The position numbers and the translations under genes are program-made. Under the pieces are notes generated by a model. The model was given only the letters and a program-made list of their open reading frames with translations, had not been told where the DNA came from and searched no databases. Below, one piece after another: positions 40,998-50,604 of a stretch of 64,000 bases of DNA (positions are counted from its first letter, which is position 1; each line of letters starts with the position of its first letter). Origin of the DNA: Gemmatimonas sp. (GTDB lineage: Bacteria > Gemmatimonadota > Gemmatimonadetes > Gemmatimonadales > Gemmatimonadaceae); the NCBI GenBank assembly GCA_965279375.1, contig OZ257156.1, forward strand, positions 992,001 through 1,056,000, written 5' to 3'.

Positions 40998-42160
40998 GCC
41001 GGCACGCGCCAGTGCGAGAGCGCCGCGCCGACACCGCTGCCGAGCGTGAGCGGCACACCCACGTCGGCGAGTGCCATCTCAACACCGCTCAGCGCCGCAG
41101 CGAGTGTGAGCGCGTTGGTATCACCGAGATGTCCGATGCGGAACACCTTGCCGGCAACCTCGCCAAGTCCCGCGCCGAGCGAGATGTCGTAGCGCTTGAA
41201 CGCCACGTCCACCACCTTCGCGGAATCGATTCCCTCGGGCATCACGACTGCGGTGAGCGTGTTGGACTCGATCGACGTGTGACGCGCACACGGTGCGAGT
41301 CCCCACGCGCGCACTGCGGCGCGCACACCCGTCGCCAGGCGCTGGTGACGCGCTGCAACGTTGGTCATCCCTTCTTCGAGCAACATCGTCAGCGACTCGT
41401 CGAGTCCGAAGAGCAGCGACAGCGCCGGCGTGCTGGGGAAGTATCCGTTGGCGTTCTGTGCGCGCATGGGGCGCAGATCGAAGTAGGCACGCGGCGTAGT
41501 TGCCGCATCGATCCGACCCATCGCCTTTTCGCTCACATACAGAATGCCCAGACCACCGGGCAGCATGAATCCTTTCTGCGAGCCGGTGATGGCGAGATCC
41601 ACACCCCACGCATCAAACTGAAATTCGAGACTCGCGATGGAGCTCACGCCGTCCACATACAGCAGCGCCGGATGCTGCGCGCGATCCATCGCTGCGCGCA
41701 CGGCGGCCACGTCGCTGGTAACACCGGTGGCCGTTTCGTTGTGCACCAGCAGCAACGCCTGATACTCGTGTGCGCTGTCGCCGCGCAACGCTTCCTCGAT
41801 CTTGTCCGCCGGCGCGCCCTCACCCCACGGCACTTCGATCACGTCCACCTGATAGCCGAGCGCGCGCGCGGTGGCGATGAAGAGGTGCGAGAACTGACCG
41901 AAGCGTACCGCGAGCAATCGTGCGCCGGGATTGAGCGTGTTCACCATCGCCGCTTCCCACATCGCCGTACCCGACGCCGGAAAGACGAACGCCTGGCCAT
42001 TGGTCTGGTTCACGATCTGCGGCAACCGCGACAGAATCGAACGCGTCAGCTCGGGAAACGCCGAGGAGCGGTGGTCTTCCTGCTGGCGGTGCATCGCGCG
42101 CAGCAGGCGATCGGGGACCGGGGTCGGACCCGGAATCTGAAGAAAGTGCCGTCCCGGCAT
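40994..42160 (-). CDS. Class V aminotransferase, serine:glyoxylate aminotransferase-like
   Basis: GRHFLQIPGPT, VHNETATGV, VDGVSS, GSQKGFMLP, FRIGHLG. Confidence 0.92.
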   Translation of the reverse strand: MPGRHFLQIPGPTPVPDRLLRAMHRQQEDHRSSAFPELTRSILSRLPQIVNQTNGQAFVFPASGTAMWEAAMVNTLNPGARLLAVRFGQFSHLFIATARALGYQVDVIEVPWGEGAPADKIEEALRGDSAHEYQALLLVHNETATGVTSDVAAVRAAMDRAQHPALLYVDGVSSIASLEFQFDAWGVDLAITGSQKGFMLPGGLGILYVSEKAMGRIDAATTPRAYFDLRPMRAQNANGYFPSTPALSLLFGLDESLTMLLEEGMTNVAARHQRLATGVRAAVRAWGLAPCARHTSIESNTLTAVVMPEGIDSAKVVDVAFKRYDISLGAGLGEVAGKVFRIGHLGDTNALTLAAALSGVEMALADVGVPLTLGSGVGAALSHWRVPA

Positions 42161-42196
42161 GGCTCTCGAGTGTGAAGTAGAGGAAGGAGTGCGCGT

Positions 42197-42865
42197 CTAC
42201 TGCGTGTCTGGCGATGCGTTGTCTTCATCTTCGTGCGCCGCCGCCGTGTCCGTCGTAATGTCGTCAGCATCAGCGGATGCCTCAGCGGATGCCTCAGCGG
42301 GTGCATCGTCGACCGACTGACTATGCGGCAGCACGACGGTTACCTCTCCGTCGGCGTCCTGCTCATCGTCATCGTCGCTGGCATCGGCCGAGTCGTCTGA
42401 GGGGTCCAGCACGTTGAGCAGGCGACGGCAGAGGCGCGCCAATCGAGCGCGCTGCTCTCCCGTGAGCTCGCTCATCAGATCGACGATGGCGGCGGAGCGA
42501 ACTGGCGCGGCATTTGAGAGCACCGCGATACCATCGAGTGTGAGATGCACCGTCATGAAGCGTCGATCGGTCGCGTGGCGTTCACGACGCACGAGCGCCT
42601 TCTCTTCCAGCGCATCGATGATCGCCGTCATCTGTGCCTTGCTTCGCCCCAGCGCCTCGGCGAGCTCCTGCTGATGCACCGAGCCGCGCGACTGCAGGGT
42701 GTCGAGCACACCGAACTGCGATGCCGACAGACCGAACGCCTGCACCGCCGCATCAACGCGTGATGCCGACAGCGCCGCTGCCCGCTGCAAACGTGAATAG
42801 GCATCGAGTGCCCGTCGCCGCTTCTTTTCGCCCTTTCCGCTCATGCCTTTCGCTCCATAGGTCAC
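42197..42865 (-). CDS. MarR family regulator with long acidic C-terminal tail
   Basis: LSASQFGVL...QQELAEAL...DALEEKALVRR...DRRF..VHLT. Asp/Glu/Ala-rich tail. Start 42865 (GTGA overlap) or 42844. Confidence 0.9.
   Translation of the reverse strand: MTYGAKGMSGKGEKKRRRALDAYSRLQRAAALSASRVDAAVQAFGLSASQFGVLDTLQSRGSVHQQELAEALGRSKAQMTAIIDALEEKALVRRERHATDRRFMTVHLTLDGIAVLSNAAPVRSAAIVDLMSELTGEQRARLARLCRRLLNVLDPSDDSADASDDDDEQDADGEVTVVLPHSQSVDDAPAEASAEASADADDITTDTAAAHEDEDNASPDTQ
42270..42305. repeat. 12-bp tandem repeat (about 3 copies) in the MarR tail
   Basis: TCAGCGGATGCC x2 plus TCAGCGGGTGCA, encoding APAE-ASAE-ASAD. Confidence 0.8.
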
Positions 42866-45012
42866 CCGCGCGTGATGCCGGCGTGCCGGCTGGCAATGCG
42901 ATCGGCCAACACCGACGCGACCGCCATGATGGTTTCCTGAGGGTTCACGCCAAGCGCGGTTGGCAGGAGTGACCCGTCGGAAATGTACAGGCCGCGCACC
43001 CCATGGCGCTCGCCGTCCGGGGTTGCGCCGCTCGTACGAGGATCGGTGCCCATGCGGCAGGTGCCGTTCACGTGCGCCGAGAAGAGCCCGATGTCGTTCG
43101 GGGCAAACGAGGCGTGATCGAGCTGCGCCAGATCGGCCTCGTTCCGTATCCGCACCGGCGAGGTGTGGAATGTCCCGACCTCGCTGGCGCCATTGGCCAG
43201 ATGCAACCGTGCCGACGCCACGACCGAGGCCCGGACCCGCTCTCGGTCTGCGTCCGTGAGGCGATAGTGAATGCGCGTTCGACCTGCCCTATCCACTGTC
43301 ACAGTCCCGCTCGACGTCTGCCGATCGGCTCCGTCGCGCGTCAGCCCGATCAGCACACCCAGTCGGTTGAACTCGCGCATGCGCGCCGCGTGCGCCGCGC
43401 CAAAGCCCGGCATCGCCGCGGCGGTGAATGACGGGTGCATCGGCGGGCACTGTATCCAGAAGCCGTAGTCGGTGCCGTTCCAGCGAATGAACTCATCGCA
43501 CATCGTCGTCATCGGAATACCGGTGCTGGTGATGACGTCGTGTTCGTAGCGACCGAAGATGGCCGTCGTCGGATGCAGCCTGAGCCACGATCCCACGCCA
43601 CCCCCGCCAAACCCGGAGCGCTGCAGCAGCGCGGGCGTCCCGATGCCTCCGCCAGCCACGATCACCAGCGGCGCGTCGACGGTGAGCGCATGCGATCTGC
43701 CCGGCTGCTGTCGATCGTGCATGCGCGCATGGACACGCTTGAGCGGCGGCGTACCGGCGCCGCCATCGCGTTCACGAAGTTCGATGCGCGTGACGTGCGC
43801 GTTGGCGTAGAGCGTCGCGCCGCGCGAGAGCGCATCCGGCAGATACGTGAGCAGCGTGGACTGCTTGGCATCGTGTCGACAGCCCACACCGCAGAAGCCG
43901 CAGCGAATACAGCCCGCAGCATTGATGGCCGCTGACCTCGCGCGCCACCCCAATTGCGTCGCACCGTCGAGGATGAGCCGGTTGTTCGCCGAATGTGCGT
44001 CGTTCGGTACCTGGCGTGCGTGCACCCGCTGCTCGACGCGATCGAAGATGGGCGCCATTTCGCCGGGGCTCATGCCGTACACCCCGGACTCGCGCGCCCA
44101 CTGCTCCAGCACATAGTCCGGCGTCCGCAGCATGATCATCCAGTTCACCGTGGTCGAGCCACCCACGGTGCTTCCCTGCACCATCGCCACCGACATGTCT
44201 TCCGTAGCGCGCAGCGCGCCGTCCGCGTAGAGACGCTCCGTTAGGTCGGCCTCACGCTCATCGAAGTCGGCTTTGGTGAAGTAGCCACCCTCCTCGAGCA
44301 TCACGACGGAAAAGCCCGCAGCGGCAAGTCGGGCCGCAGTGACTGCGCCGCCTGCTCCCGTGCCGATCACCACTGCGTCGACCGTGCGATGCTGGTCGGC
44401 GGAGAATCTCGCGGCCGTCTGCACTCCAGTCGGCAACGGTTCACGCGCAATCACCGCGGGTAGCGCGACGTGACCGCGACGCACCGGCTCCGCGTCGGTA
44501 TCCAGACCGGCGAGCGGACCCTCCCACGGTGCCTGTGGCACCCGCGATTGCAGCGGGCCCGCGTAGTGCATGGCGGCCGCAACTTCCGCGCGCGAGTAGT
44601 GCACGGCCAGGACCAGTCGTCGAACCGCCTGGAACGCAGACTTGATCTGCGGAATGCGCGAGATCGACCATGACGTGAAGCAGCGCGCTTGTTCGTCGCG
44701 CGAGAGTGCGGCGAAAGGCGTGGGCCGTCCGATAGCCAGCAGAACACCGGCGCGGCCGCTCAACACCGTGATTGCGGTGCCCAGTTCGCGCTGCTTGTGC
44801 GGCGCGAGTGATGCGAGTCGGGCATCGCATCGCATCACGAACTGCGCAATCGTCTCGTTGCCGGGGGCAGCGCCATCGAGCACGCACGGCGCCAACGCTC
44901 CGAGTCGCACGCGCTGATCCGCGGTCAGATGCTCGACCGTCGGATGTGCGTGCGGTGAGGGTCCATTCGGCAAGGCGGCGGGAGACACGACGGGTAGGCT
45001 ACTTGTGTCCAA
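42862..45012 (-). CDS. GMC family FAD oxidoreductase (long-chain alcohol oxidase-like architecture)
   Basis: IGTGAGG, GSTVGGSTTVNW, CIRCGFCGVGC, LRLHP, SAHVNGTCRMG, GVNPQETI. Extra N-terminal domain. Confidence 0.92.
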   Translation of the reverse strand: MDTSSLPVVSPAALPNGPSPHAHPTVEHLTADQRVRLGALAPCVLDGAAPGNETIAQFVMRCDARLASLAPHKQRELGTAITVLSGRAGVLLAIGRPTPFAALSRDEQARCFTSWSISRIPQIKSAFQAVRRLVLAVHYSRAEVAAAMHYAGPLQSRVPQAPWEGPLAGLDTDAEPVRRGHVALPAVIAREPLPTGVQTAARFSADQHRTVDAVVIGTGAGGAVTAARLAAAGFSVVMLEEGGYFTKADFDEREADLTERLYADGALRATEDMSVAMVQGSTVGGSTTVNWMIMLRTPDYVLEQWARESGVYGMSPGEMAPIFDRVEQRVHARQVPNDAHSANNRLILDGATQLGWRARSAAINAAGCIRCGFCGVGCRHDAKQSTLLTYLPDALSRGATLYANAHVTRIELRERDGGAGTPPLKRVHARMHDRQQPGRSHALTVDAPLVIVAGGGIGTPALLQRSGFGGGGVGSWLRLHPTTAIFGRYEHDVITSTGIPMTTMCDEFIRWNGTDYGFWIQCPPMHPSFTAAAMPGFGAAHAARMREFNRLGVLIGLTRDGADRQTSSGTVTVDRAGRTRIHYRLTDADRERVRASVVASARLHLANGASEVGTFHTSPVRIRNEADLAQLDHASFAPNDIGLFSAHVNGTCRMGTDPRTSGATPDGERHGVRGLYISDGSLLPTALGVNPQETIMAVASVLADRIASRHAGITRG

Positions 45013-45073
45013 CCTCTGCCGCCAGAGTCGCGCACGTCACAGCCTCGTGAGCGACGAGCGTGAGCGTCAAACG

Positions 45074-45589
45074 TCAGCGCGGACCCGAATTCGCCGTGAG
45101 CGCAGCCGACGCCGAATGAATGGCCTCACGGATGCGCGGATACGTGCCGCAGCGACAGAGATTGCCGGCCATGGCCCGATCGATATCCGCATCGGTGACC
45201 GCTGGCGTCGCGCGCAGCAGGGCACAAGCCGACACTATCTGCCCCGGCTGACAGTAACCGCACTGCACCACGTCCACCTGCGCCCACGCTGCCGAAAGCG
45301 CCGTCGCCTCTTTCCCGCTTAGTCCTTCGATCGTCGTGACGTCCTTCATACCAACTGCGGACAGCGGCGTGACGCAGGCGCGAACAGGTGCGCCGTCGAC
45401 CAACACGGTGCAGGCACCACAAACCGCGATGCCGCAGCCGAACTTGGGCCCCGTCTGCTGCAACTCGCCGCGTAGCACCCAGAGGAGCGGTGTGTCGGGC
45501 GGCGAAGAGACGGACAGCACGGCACCGTTCACGCGCAGCGACATCGGCGGCTCATCGTTCGCGACTGGTGTCGACGGAGACTGGCTCAT
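45074..45589 (-). CDS. (2Fe-2S)-binding small subunit of a Mo-oxidoreductase (IorA-like)
   Basis: GCGIAVCGAC...C, QCGYCQPG, NLCRCGTY. Confidence 0.95.
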   Translation of the reverse strand: MSQSPSTPVANDEPPMSLRVNGAVLSVSSPPDTPLLWVLRGELQQTGPKFGCGIAVCGACTVLVDGAPVRACVTPLSAVGMKDVTTIEGLSGKEATALSAAWAQVDVVQCGYCQPGQIVSACALLRATPAVTDADIDRAMAGNLCRCGTYPRIREAIHSASAALTANSGPR

Positions 45590-45596
45590 GAGGCGT

Positions 45597-47882
45597 TCAC
45601 GTCGCGTTCTCGCCGGCAAGTCGCAAGGGCAACGCGCGTAGTCGTTGACCCGTGGCGGCAAAGACTGCATTGGCCACCGCGGGCGCGATGGGCGGCACGG
45701 CGACTTCGCCCATTCCTTCGGGTGGTTCGAGCGACTGCACGATCTCCGTTTCGATCACAGGGCACTCGTCAATGCGCAGCGGCGCGTAGTCGTGAAAGTT
45801 GTGCTGCTGCACCTGACCGTTCACGATCGTGATCTCGCCACGCAGCGCGGCTGACAAGCCAAACACGATACCGCCCTCCATCTGCTGGCGAATGATGTTG
45901 GGGTTCACGGGGAAGCCACAGTCCACGACGGCATACACACGCATCACGCGGATCTGCTGCTCTGCATCCACGGCAACCTCCGCGACCTGCGCCACAATGC
46001 TGCCGAATGACTGATGCAGCGCGACACCACGCCCGATGCGCGTTCCCACTGTCGTTGGTTGAGCGAGCGGCGTGTTCCAGTGGGATAGCGCTGCGACGCG
46101 CTGCAACACATGCGCGTGTCGTGGATGCGACGTCAACAGTCCAAGCCGAAACGCGACGGGATCTGCACCGGCGGCATGCGCCACTTCATCCATGAAGCAT
46201 TCCTTGAAGAACGCCTGGTGCGAGTGACCGACGCTGCGCCAATAGCCGATGGGCACCGGGAGCGTGACGTCTTCGTGCGCGATTCGCGCCGTCGGATATT
46301 CGTACGGCTGGTCGAACGCACCTTCGCTCGTGGACTTGTCGTACGTGCGTGCCGGCAAACCAAAGTATCGATCGAATATCTGCGGGACGATCGCTTGTCC
46401 GGCCGACGTGTTCTTCCACGCCACGAGTGCGTGTGCCGCATCGAGCCCCGCCGAGAAGCGCGCCACGCACGCCGGTCGGTAGAAGTCGTGCTGAATGTCT
46501 TCCTCGCGCGACCAGAAGGTCTGCACCGGCACACCTTGCGCATGGTTCGCAATCGCTGCAGCCTGCGCGATGAAGTCCACGTCGAGACGACGTCCAAAGC
46601 CTCCGCCGATCAACTGCACGCGCATGTCGATGGCGTCCTGCGGCAGCTCGATCGCCTTCGACACGGCACGACGCGCCACATCCGGCGCTTGCGTCGCCGC
46701 CCAGACGGTCGCGCGACCGTTGTCCACCTGCACCGTGCAGGAGATCGGTTCCATCGTGGCGTGCGCAAGGTACGGCGCACGATACTCCGCCTGCACACGC
46801 TGCGTGGCGCTGGCCAGCGCAGCGTCCACGTCACCGTGCGAGTAGAACGAGTGCCCGTCATGATCATCGAGCGTGCGCGCAAGCTGCTGCATGATGTCGG
46901 CGCTCGAGACGTTGGCCATCGCGCCATGATCCCACGTGATCTCCAGCGCCTTGAGCGCGTTGAGCGCCTGATGCGGCAACGCAGCAATCACGGCCATGCC
47001 CGCCGTGCCGCCGTTGTAGCCATTCACCACAAACACATCCGTCACGCCAGGCAGCGCGCGCGCCGCACTGGCATCGAATCCGCGCACGGTGCCACCGATG
47101 GTCGGACACATGCGCACACTCGCGTAGCGCATCTTGGGCACGATCACATCCAGACCGAACGTCGCGCTGCCCGCTGCCTTCTCGGCGCCATCACGTCGAT
47201 GGATCGGCGTACCGATGATGCGAAACTGTCCCGGCGCCTTGAGTGGCGCGTTGGCATTCAGCGACTGCGAGGCCGCACCCTCGATGAGGGCGCCGTACGT
47301 CGCGCGCTTGCCACTCGCGTGGATGACGGTGCTTTGCTCGGTCGTCAGCTCCGATACAGGTACCTTCCACTGCTCGGCGGCGGCCGCCAGCAGCATCGCC
47401 CGCGCCGACGCACCCGCCTGACGCATCGGAAGCCACAGATCCTTCATGCTCGACGAGCCGCCGGTGAGCATGAGCCCTGCTTCGCGCATCCCCTTTGCCG
47501 TCAGCCACTGCGCGGTGCGCTTCATCAGTCCGTGATCGTCCGGATGAAACGGGAGTCCGTCCACTACGCTGGTGATCTTGTTGTAGATCGGGTCGATAGG
47601 CGACATCTCGGTGCGCACCAGCGACCAGTCGGCGTCGAGCTCGTCGGCAAGCAGCATGGCGAGTGCCGTGTGCACACCTTGCCCCATCTCCGACTTCGCC
47701 ATGATCACCGTGACGTGATTGTCGGCGCCGATCTTCACCCAGCCGTTCAAGGCATGTTCGCCCGCACCCTCAGGCAGTGGCCTGCGCGTGCTCAGTCGGC
47801 TGCGTGGCGGCAGCAGTGTCCATCCAATGCCGACGGCTCCCACGGTGGCAAGACTTCGCAAGACGAACTGGCGGCGATTCAT
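45597..47882 (-). CDS. Xanthine dehydrogenase-family molybdopterin-binding subunit (IorB-like), Tat-exported
   Basis: NRRQFV Tat motif, EMGQG, TGGSSS, HATMEP, GGGFGRR, WRSVGHS, GMGE...PAVANA. Confidence 0.94.
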   Translation of the reverse strand: MNRRQFVLRSLATVGAVGIGWTLLPPRSRLSTRRPLPEGAGEHALNGWVKIGADNHVTVIMAKSEMGQGVHTALAMLLADELDADWSLVRTEMSPIDPIYNKITSVVDGLPFHPDDHGLMKRTAQWLTAKGMREAGLMLTGGSSSMKDLWLPMRQAGASARAMLLAAAAEQWKVPVSELTTEQSTVIHASGKRATYGALIEGAASQSLNANAPLKAPGQFRIIGTPIHRRDGAEKAAGSATFGLDVIVPKMRYASVRMCPTIGGTVRGFDASAARALPGVTDVFVVNGYNGGTAGMAVIAALPHQALNALKALEITWDHGAMANVSSADIMQQLARTLDDHDGHSFYSHGDVDAALASATQRVQAEYRAPYLAHATMEPISCTVQVDNGRATVWAATQAPDVARRAVSKAIELPQDAIDMRVQLIGGGFGRRLDVDFIAQAAAIANHAQGVPVQTFWSREEDIQHDFYRPACVARFSAGLDAAHALVAWKNTSAGQAIVPQIFDRYFGLPARTYDKSTSEGAFDQPYEYPTARIAHEDVTLPVPIGYWRSVGHSHQAFFKECFMDEVAHAAGADPVAFRLGLLTSHPRHAHVLQRVAALSHWNTPLAQPTTVGTRIGRGVALHQSFGSIVAQVAEVAVDAEQQIRVMRVYAVVDCGFPVNPNIIRQQMEGGIVFGLSAALRGEITIVNGQVQQHNFHDYAPLRIDECPVIETEIVQSLEPPEGMGEVAVPPIAPAVANAVFAATGQRLRALPLRLAGENAT

Positions 47883-47922
47883 GCGCGAACTCTATGCGAT
47901 CGCCCATGATGGCGCGACGCAC

Positions 47923-47962
47923 GAACGGGGACTCCGCGAGCCTTCCGCAGTAGTCCCCGTTC
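47923..47962 (-). terminator. GC hairpin downstream of the small membrane protein gene (member of a hairpin family)
   Basis: GAACGGGGACT...AGTCCCCGTTC, 11-bp stem, no U-tract. Confidence 0.55.
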
Positions 47963-47989
47963 CATCTACCTGATCGCGCACTACATGTG

Positions 47990-48352
47990 CTACAGCGCCG
48001 ACGCGAACTCCCGCTGCGTTTCGTCGTTCAACAGCACCCACAGCGAGTAGCCGCCAAAGAGCGTACCGAACGGCCACTTGAAGAGACGGAAGGCCGAGAC
48101 GGCAATGATGACGTACCGCGCCCATTGCTGGTGATTGAGCAAGCCGAAGCCGGCAATGACGCCGAAGAGGCTGAAGGCGCCGAGGATGACAGCACCGATG
48201 ACGCTGGCGACGGTCACCGCGAGGAAGCTGAAGAGGCCTCCCGAGAACAGGCCGCCGAAGATGCCACCCACGAGCACGCCCGCTGCGGCGAGCAGACCCA
48301 GCGCGCTGTAGAGGATGTTGACGATGGCGACCACCTTGATGTGCGAGCGCAT
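47990..48352 (-). CDS. Small hypothetical membrane protein
   Basis: Three hydrophobic Gly-rich helices, PFGTLFGGYSLWVLL. Confidence 0.8.
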   Translation of the reverse strand: MRSHIKVVAIVNILYSALGLLAAAGVLVGGIFGGLFSGGLFSFLAVTVASVIGAVILGAFSLFGVIAGFGLLNHQQWARYVIIAVSAFRLFKWPFGTLFGGYSLWVLLNDETQREFASAL

Positions 48353-48487
48353 GCCGGGATTCCCCGCGAAATAGTTGACGAGCGTTGAGATCGGTACCGT
48401 AACAGGCGGACGGTGCGTCCGCGGCGACAGCGCTCCCTACGCGACGGGTTTCGCGGAGGATTCAGAGAGTCACCCGAGAGTCTTCTT

Positions 48488-48508
48488 GCCGGGACGAAGA
48501 TTCCCGGC
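48488..48508 (-). terminator. Short hairpin after the EamA gene
   Basis: GCCGGGA-N7-TCCCGGC, 7 bp after the stop at 48516. Confidence 0.4.
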
Positions 48509-48515
48509 CAGCGCC

Positions 48516-49493
48516 TCAGGCCGACGCGAGTCGCTTGCGCAGGTGCGGCGCGAGCGAGACCAGCGCCACACCGCCGACGATGACGATCATCGCCAGGAAC
48601 GCCCGCGGCGGGAACGCCTCGCCGAGGATGACCACACCCAGAAGCACCGCGACGACCGGGTTCACGTAGGCGTACGTCCCCACCGCAGTTGGGCTCGCCA
48701 CGCTCAGCAGCCACATGTAGGTGCTGAAGCCCACCAGCGATCCGAACACGATGAGATACGCGAGCGCACCCATCGAGGACGCCGACACATGCGCAGTCGC
48801 CCAGAGGTGGCTCACTTCGCCGGTGGCCAGCGCGAGCAGCCCGAGCAATGTGCCGCCCACGAGCATCTGCATGGCGATGGCCAGCGACGCCGGTTTGGCG
48901 AGTTTGGCTTTGCGAGAGTACAGGGACCCGATTGTCCACGAAAGCGCACTGCAGGAGAGGAGCAGGGCGCCCAGCGGATCGACGGCGGCGCTTTTCCAGT
49001 CGCCGTTGGCCGGCAGCACGAGCAGCCCCACGCCCACCAACCCGATGGCCACACCGATCAGCTTCTCCGGCGTGGCGCGCGTGCCCTGCCACCGTTCGCA
49101 GAGGACGAGCCAGAAGGGGACGGTGGCGACAAGGAGCGAGGTCATGCCGGAGCTGACCCGTTGCTCCGACCAGGAGACAGCGCCGTTGCCGACAAACAGG
49201 AGCAGCGCGCCCACGATCGCCGATGCGCGCCATTCTTCTACTGTCGGCTTTTCAGCGCCACGAAAGCGGCTCCATGCGTACAACATCGAGCCAGCTACCA
49301 GAAATCTTGCCGATCCGAGCACGAACGGCGGCAAGGTTTCCAGTGCCACTCGGATCGCCAGATATGTCGAGCCCCATACCACATAGATCACCAGGAATCC
49401 GACCAGCAGCTGCAGCCGCGTGGCGGTGTGGTCGTGGGGGGGTGCTGCCGTCGGCCCGTCGGCAGAGGTTCCGCGAGAACGGGCGTCAGTCAT
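48516..49493 (-). CDS. EamA/DMT family transporter (YedA-like)
   Basis: IYVVWGSTYLAIR, YLIVFGSLVGF, YAYVNPVVAV. About 10 TM helices. Confidence 0.93.
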   Translation of the reverse strand: MTDARSRGTSADGPTAAPPHDHTATRLQLLVGFLVIYVVWGSTYLAIRVALETLPPFVLGSARFLVAGSMLYAWSRFRGAEKPTVEEWRASAIVGALLLFVGNGAVSWSEQRVSSGMTSLLVATVPFWLVLCERWQGTRATPEKLIGVAIGLVGVGLLVLPANGDWKSAAVDPLGALLLSCSALSWTIGSLYSRKAKLAKPASLAIAMQMLVGGTLLGLLALATGEVSHLWATAHVSASSMGALAYLIVFGSLVGFSTYMWLLSVASPTAVGTYAYVNPVVAVLLGVVILGEAFPPRAFLAMIVIVGGVALVSLAPHLRKRLASA

Positions 49494-50490
49494 GGGCGCG
49501 GTCCCGAATGGCGCGCATGGCCGCATCTCCCGCCGCGATTCCGCCGGCGACGATGTACAGATAGAAGGTGTAGAAGCGCCACCAGATCAGCGTCGCCGCA
49601 AAGATGCCGGCCGGGATCGCGTTCTTGAGCGTCGCCGCGAATGCACCCTCGATGAAGCCGCCGCCGCCCGGCGCCGGCACTACCACTCCGCCGTAGAAGA
49701 GCGCGAGCGGCCAGAGCACCAGCGGCGCCAGAGTGTCCATGCTCAGCGGAAAGCTGCGGTCGCCCAGATATACCAGAATGGGGAGCGTGGCCACCTTGAA
49801 GAGCACGTGCACCACCGACCCAAGAAAGGCGATGAACATCAGCCCCGGCTTGGCGGTCTTGAGCGACTGCACCGACTGCCGCAGCTGCCGAAGTGTGCGC
49901 TGCACGCCGCGCCACCGTCCGGCGTGCAACCCGATTCGCTTGGCCCACGCGGGCGGCGGCCCGTTGGCGCTGTTCCGCGCCAACAGCAGACCGATCGCGC
50001 CAGCGCCGAGTACGGCGGTGCTGTAGCCACCGACCAATCCGAGGAGCCCAGCGATCGACGCGCCGCGCCCGCGAAAGAAGAACGCGAGGAGCAGACAGAC
50101 CAGCGCCAGCGAGCACATCTCGAGAAACAGCTCGAGAAACAAGACGACCACCCGCCCCGCGGCCGCCATCCCGCTCTCCGCCAGCACCAGAAACCGTGCA
50201 GGCTCGGCGCCGGATCGGGCCGGCGTGATCGCGGCGGCAAAGTCTCCGCCCAGACAGACGCGAACGGCCGTGCCAAAGCGGAGGGGGAGCCGAACAGCGT
50301 GCGCCGATGCCTGGATCTTGAGTGACCGGGTCATCACTTCGAGAAAGGCGGCCATCAGCGCCGCGCCGTGGGCGCCCCACGCCAGCGACGGCATGCCTCC
50401 TGCCGGCCAGTTGGTTGCGACCACCCAGATGGACGCGCCAAACATGAGCCCGAACGACAGAATGGTGACGAGCCAGCGATTTCGGTTCAT
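49486..50490 (-). CDS. Lysylphosphatidylglycerol synthase TM / flippase-like (UPF0104) membrane protein
   Basis: ITPARSGAEP, PAPGGGGFIE, WWRFYTFY. Confidence 0.85.
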   Translation of the reverse strand: MNRNRWLVTILSFGLMFGASIWVVATNWPAGGMPSLAWGAHGAALMAAFLEVMTRSLKIQASAHAVRLPLRFGTAVRVCLGGDFAAAITPARSGAEPARFLVLAESGMAAAGRVVVLFLELFLEMCSLALVCLLLAFFFRGRGASIAGLLGLVGGYSTAVLGAGAIGLLLARNSANGPPPAWAKRIGLHAGRWRGVQRTLRQLRQSVQSLKTAKPGLMFIAFLGSVVHVLFKVATLPILVYLGDRSFPLSMDTLAPLVLWPLALFYGGVVVPAPGGGGFIEGAFAATLKNAIPAGIFAATLIWWRFYTFYLYIVAGGIAAGDAAMRAIRDRAHD

Positions 50491-50604
50491 GAAAGCGGTG
50501 AAGATTCGCGCAATGAAGGGACGAGCAGTAAAGTAGCGAGGTAGAACCGACCGTCGGCGCAGGGTGCGTCACGGCAACTGAACGCAGTGAAAGCGAGGCG
50601 ACTC

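Noticed and set aside
40008..42160. Evidence of methylotrophy (serine cycle)
   Set aside because: No other serine-cycle or methanol oxidation genes are in the window, and the pair is common in non-methylotrophs.
46110..47909. Long antisense or alternate-frame ORFs (e.g. 46110..47909 +, 12349..13854 +, 56484..57794 +, 838..1899 -)
   Set aside because: They shadow well-supported genes, are Arg/Ala/His-rich and lack motifs, as expected in high-GC DNA.
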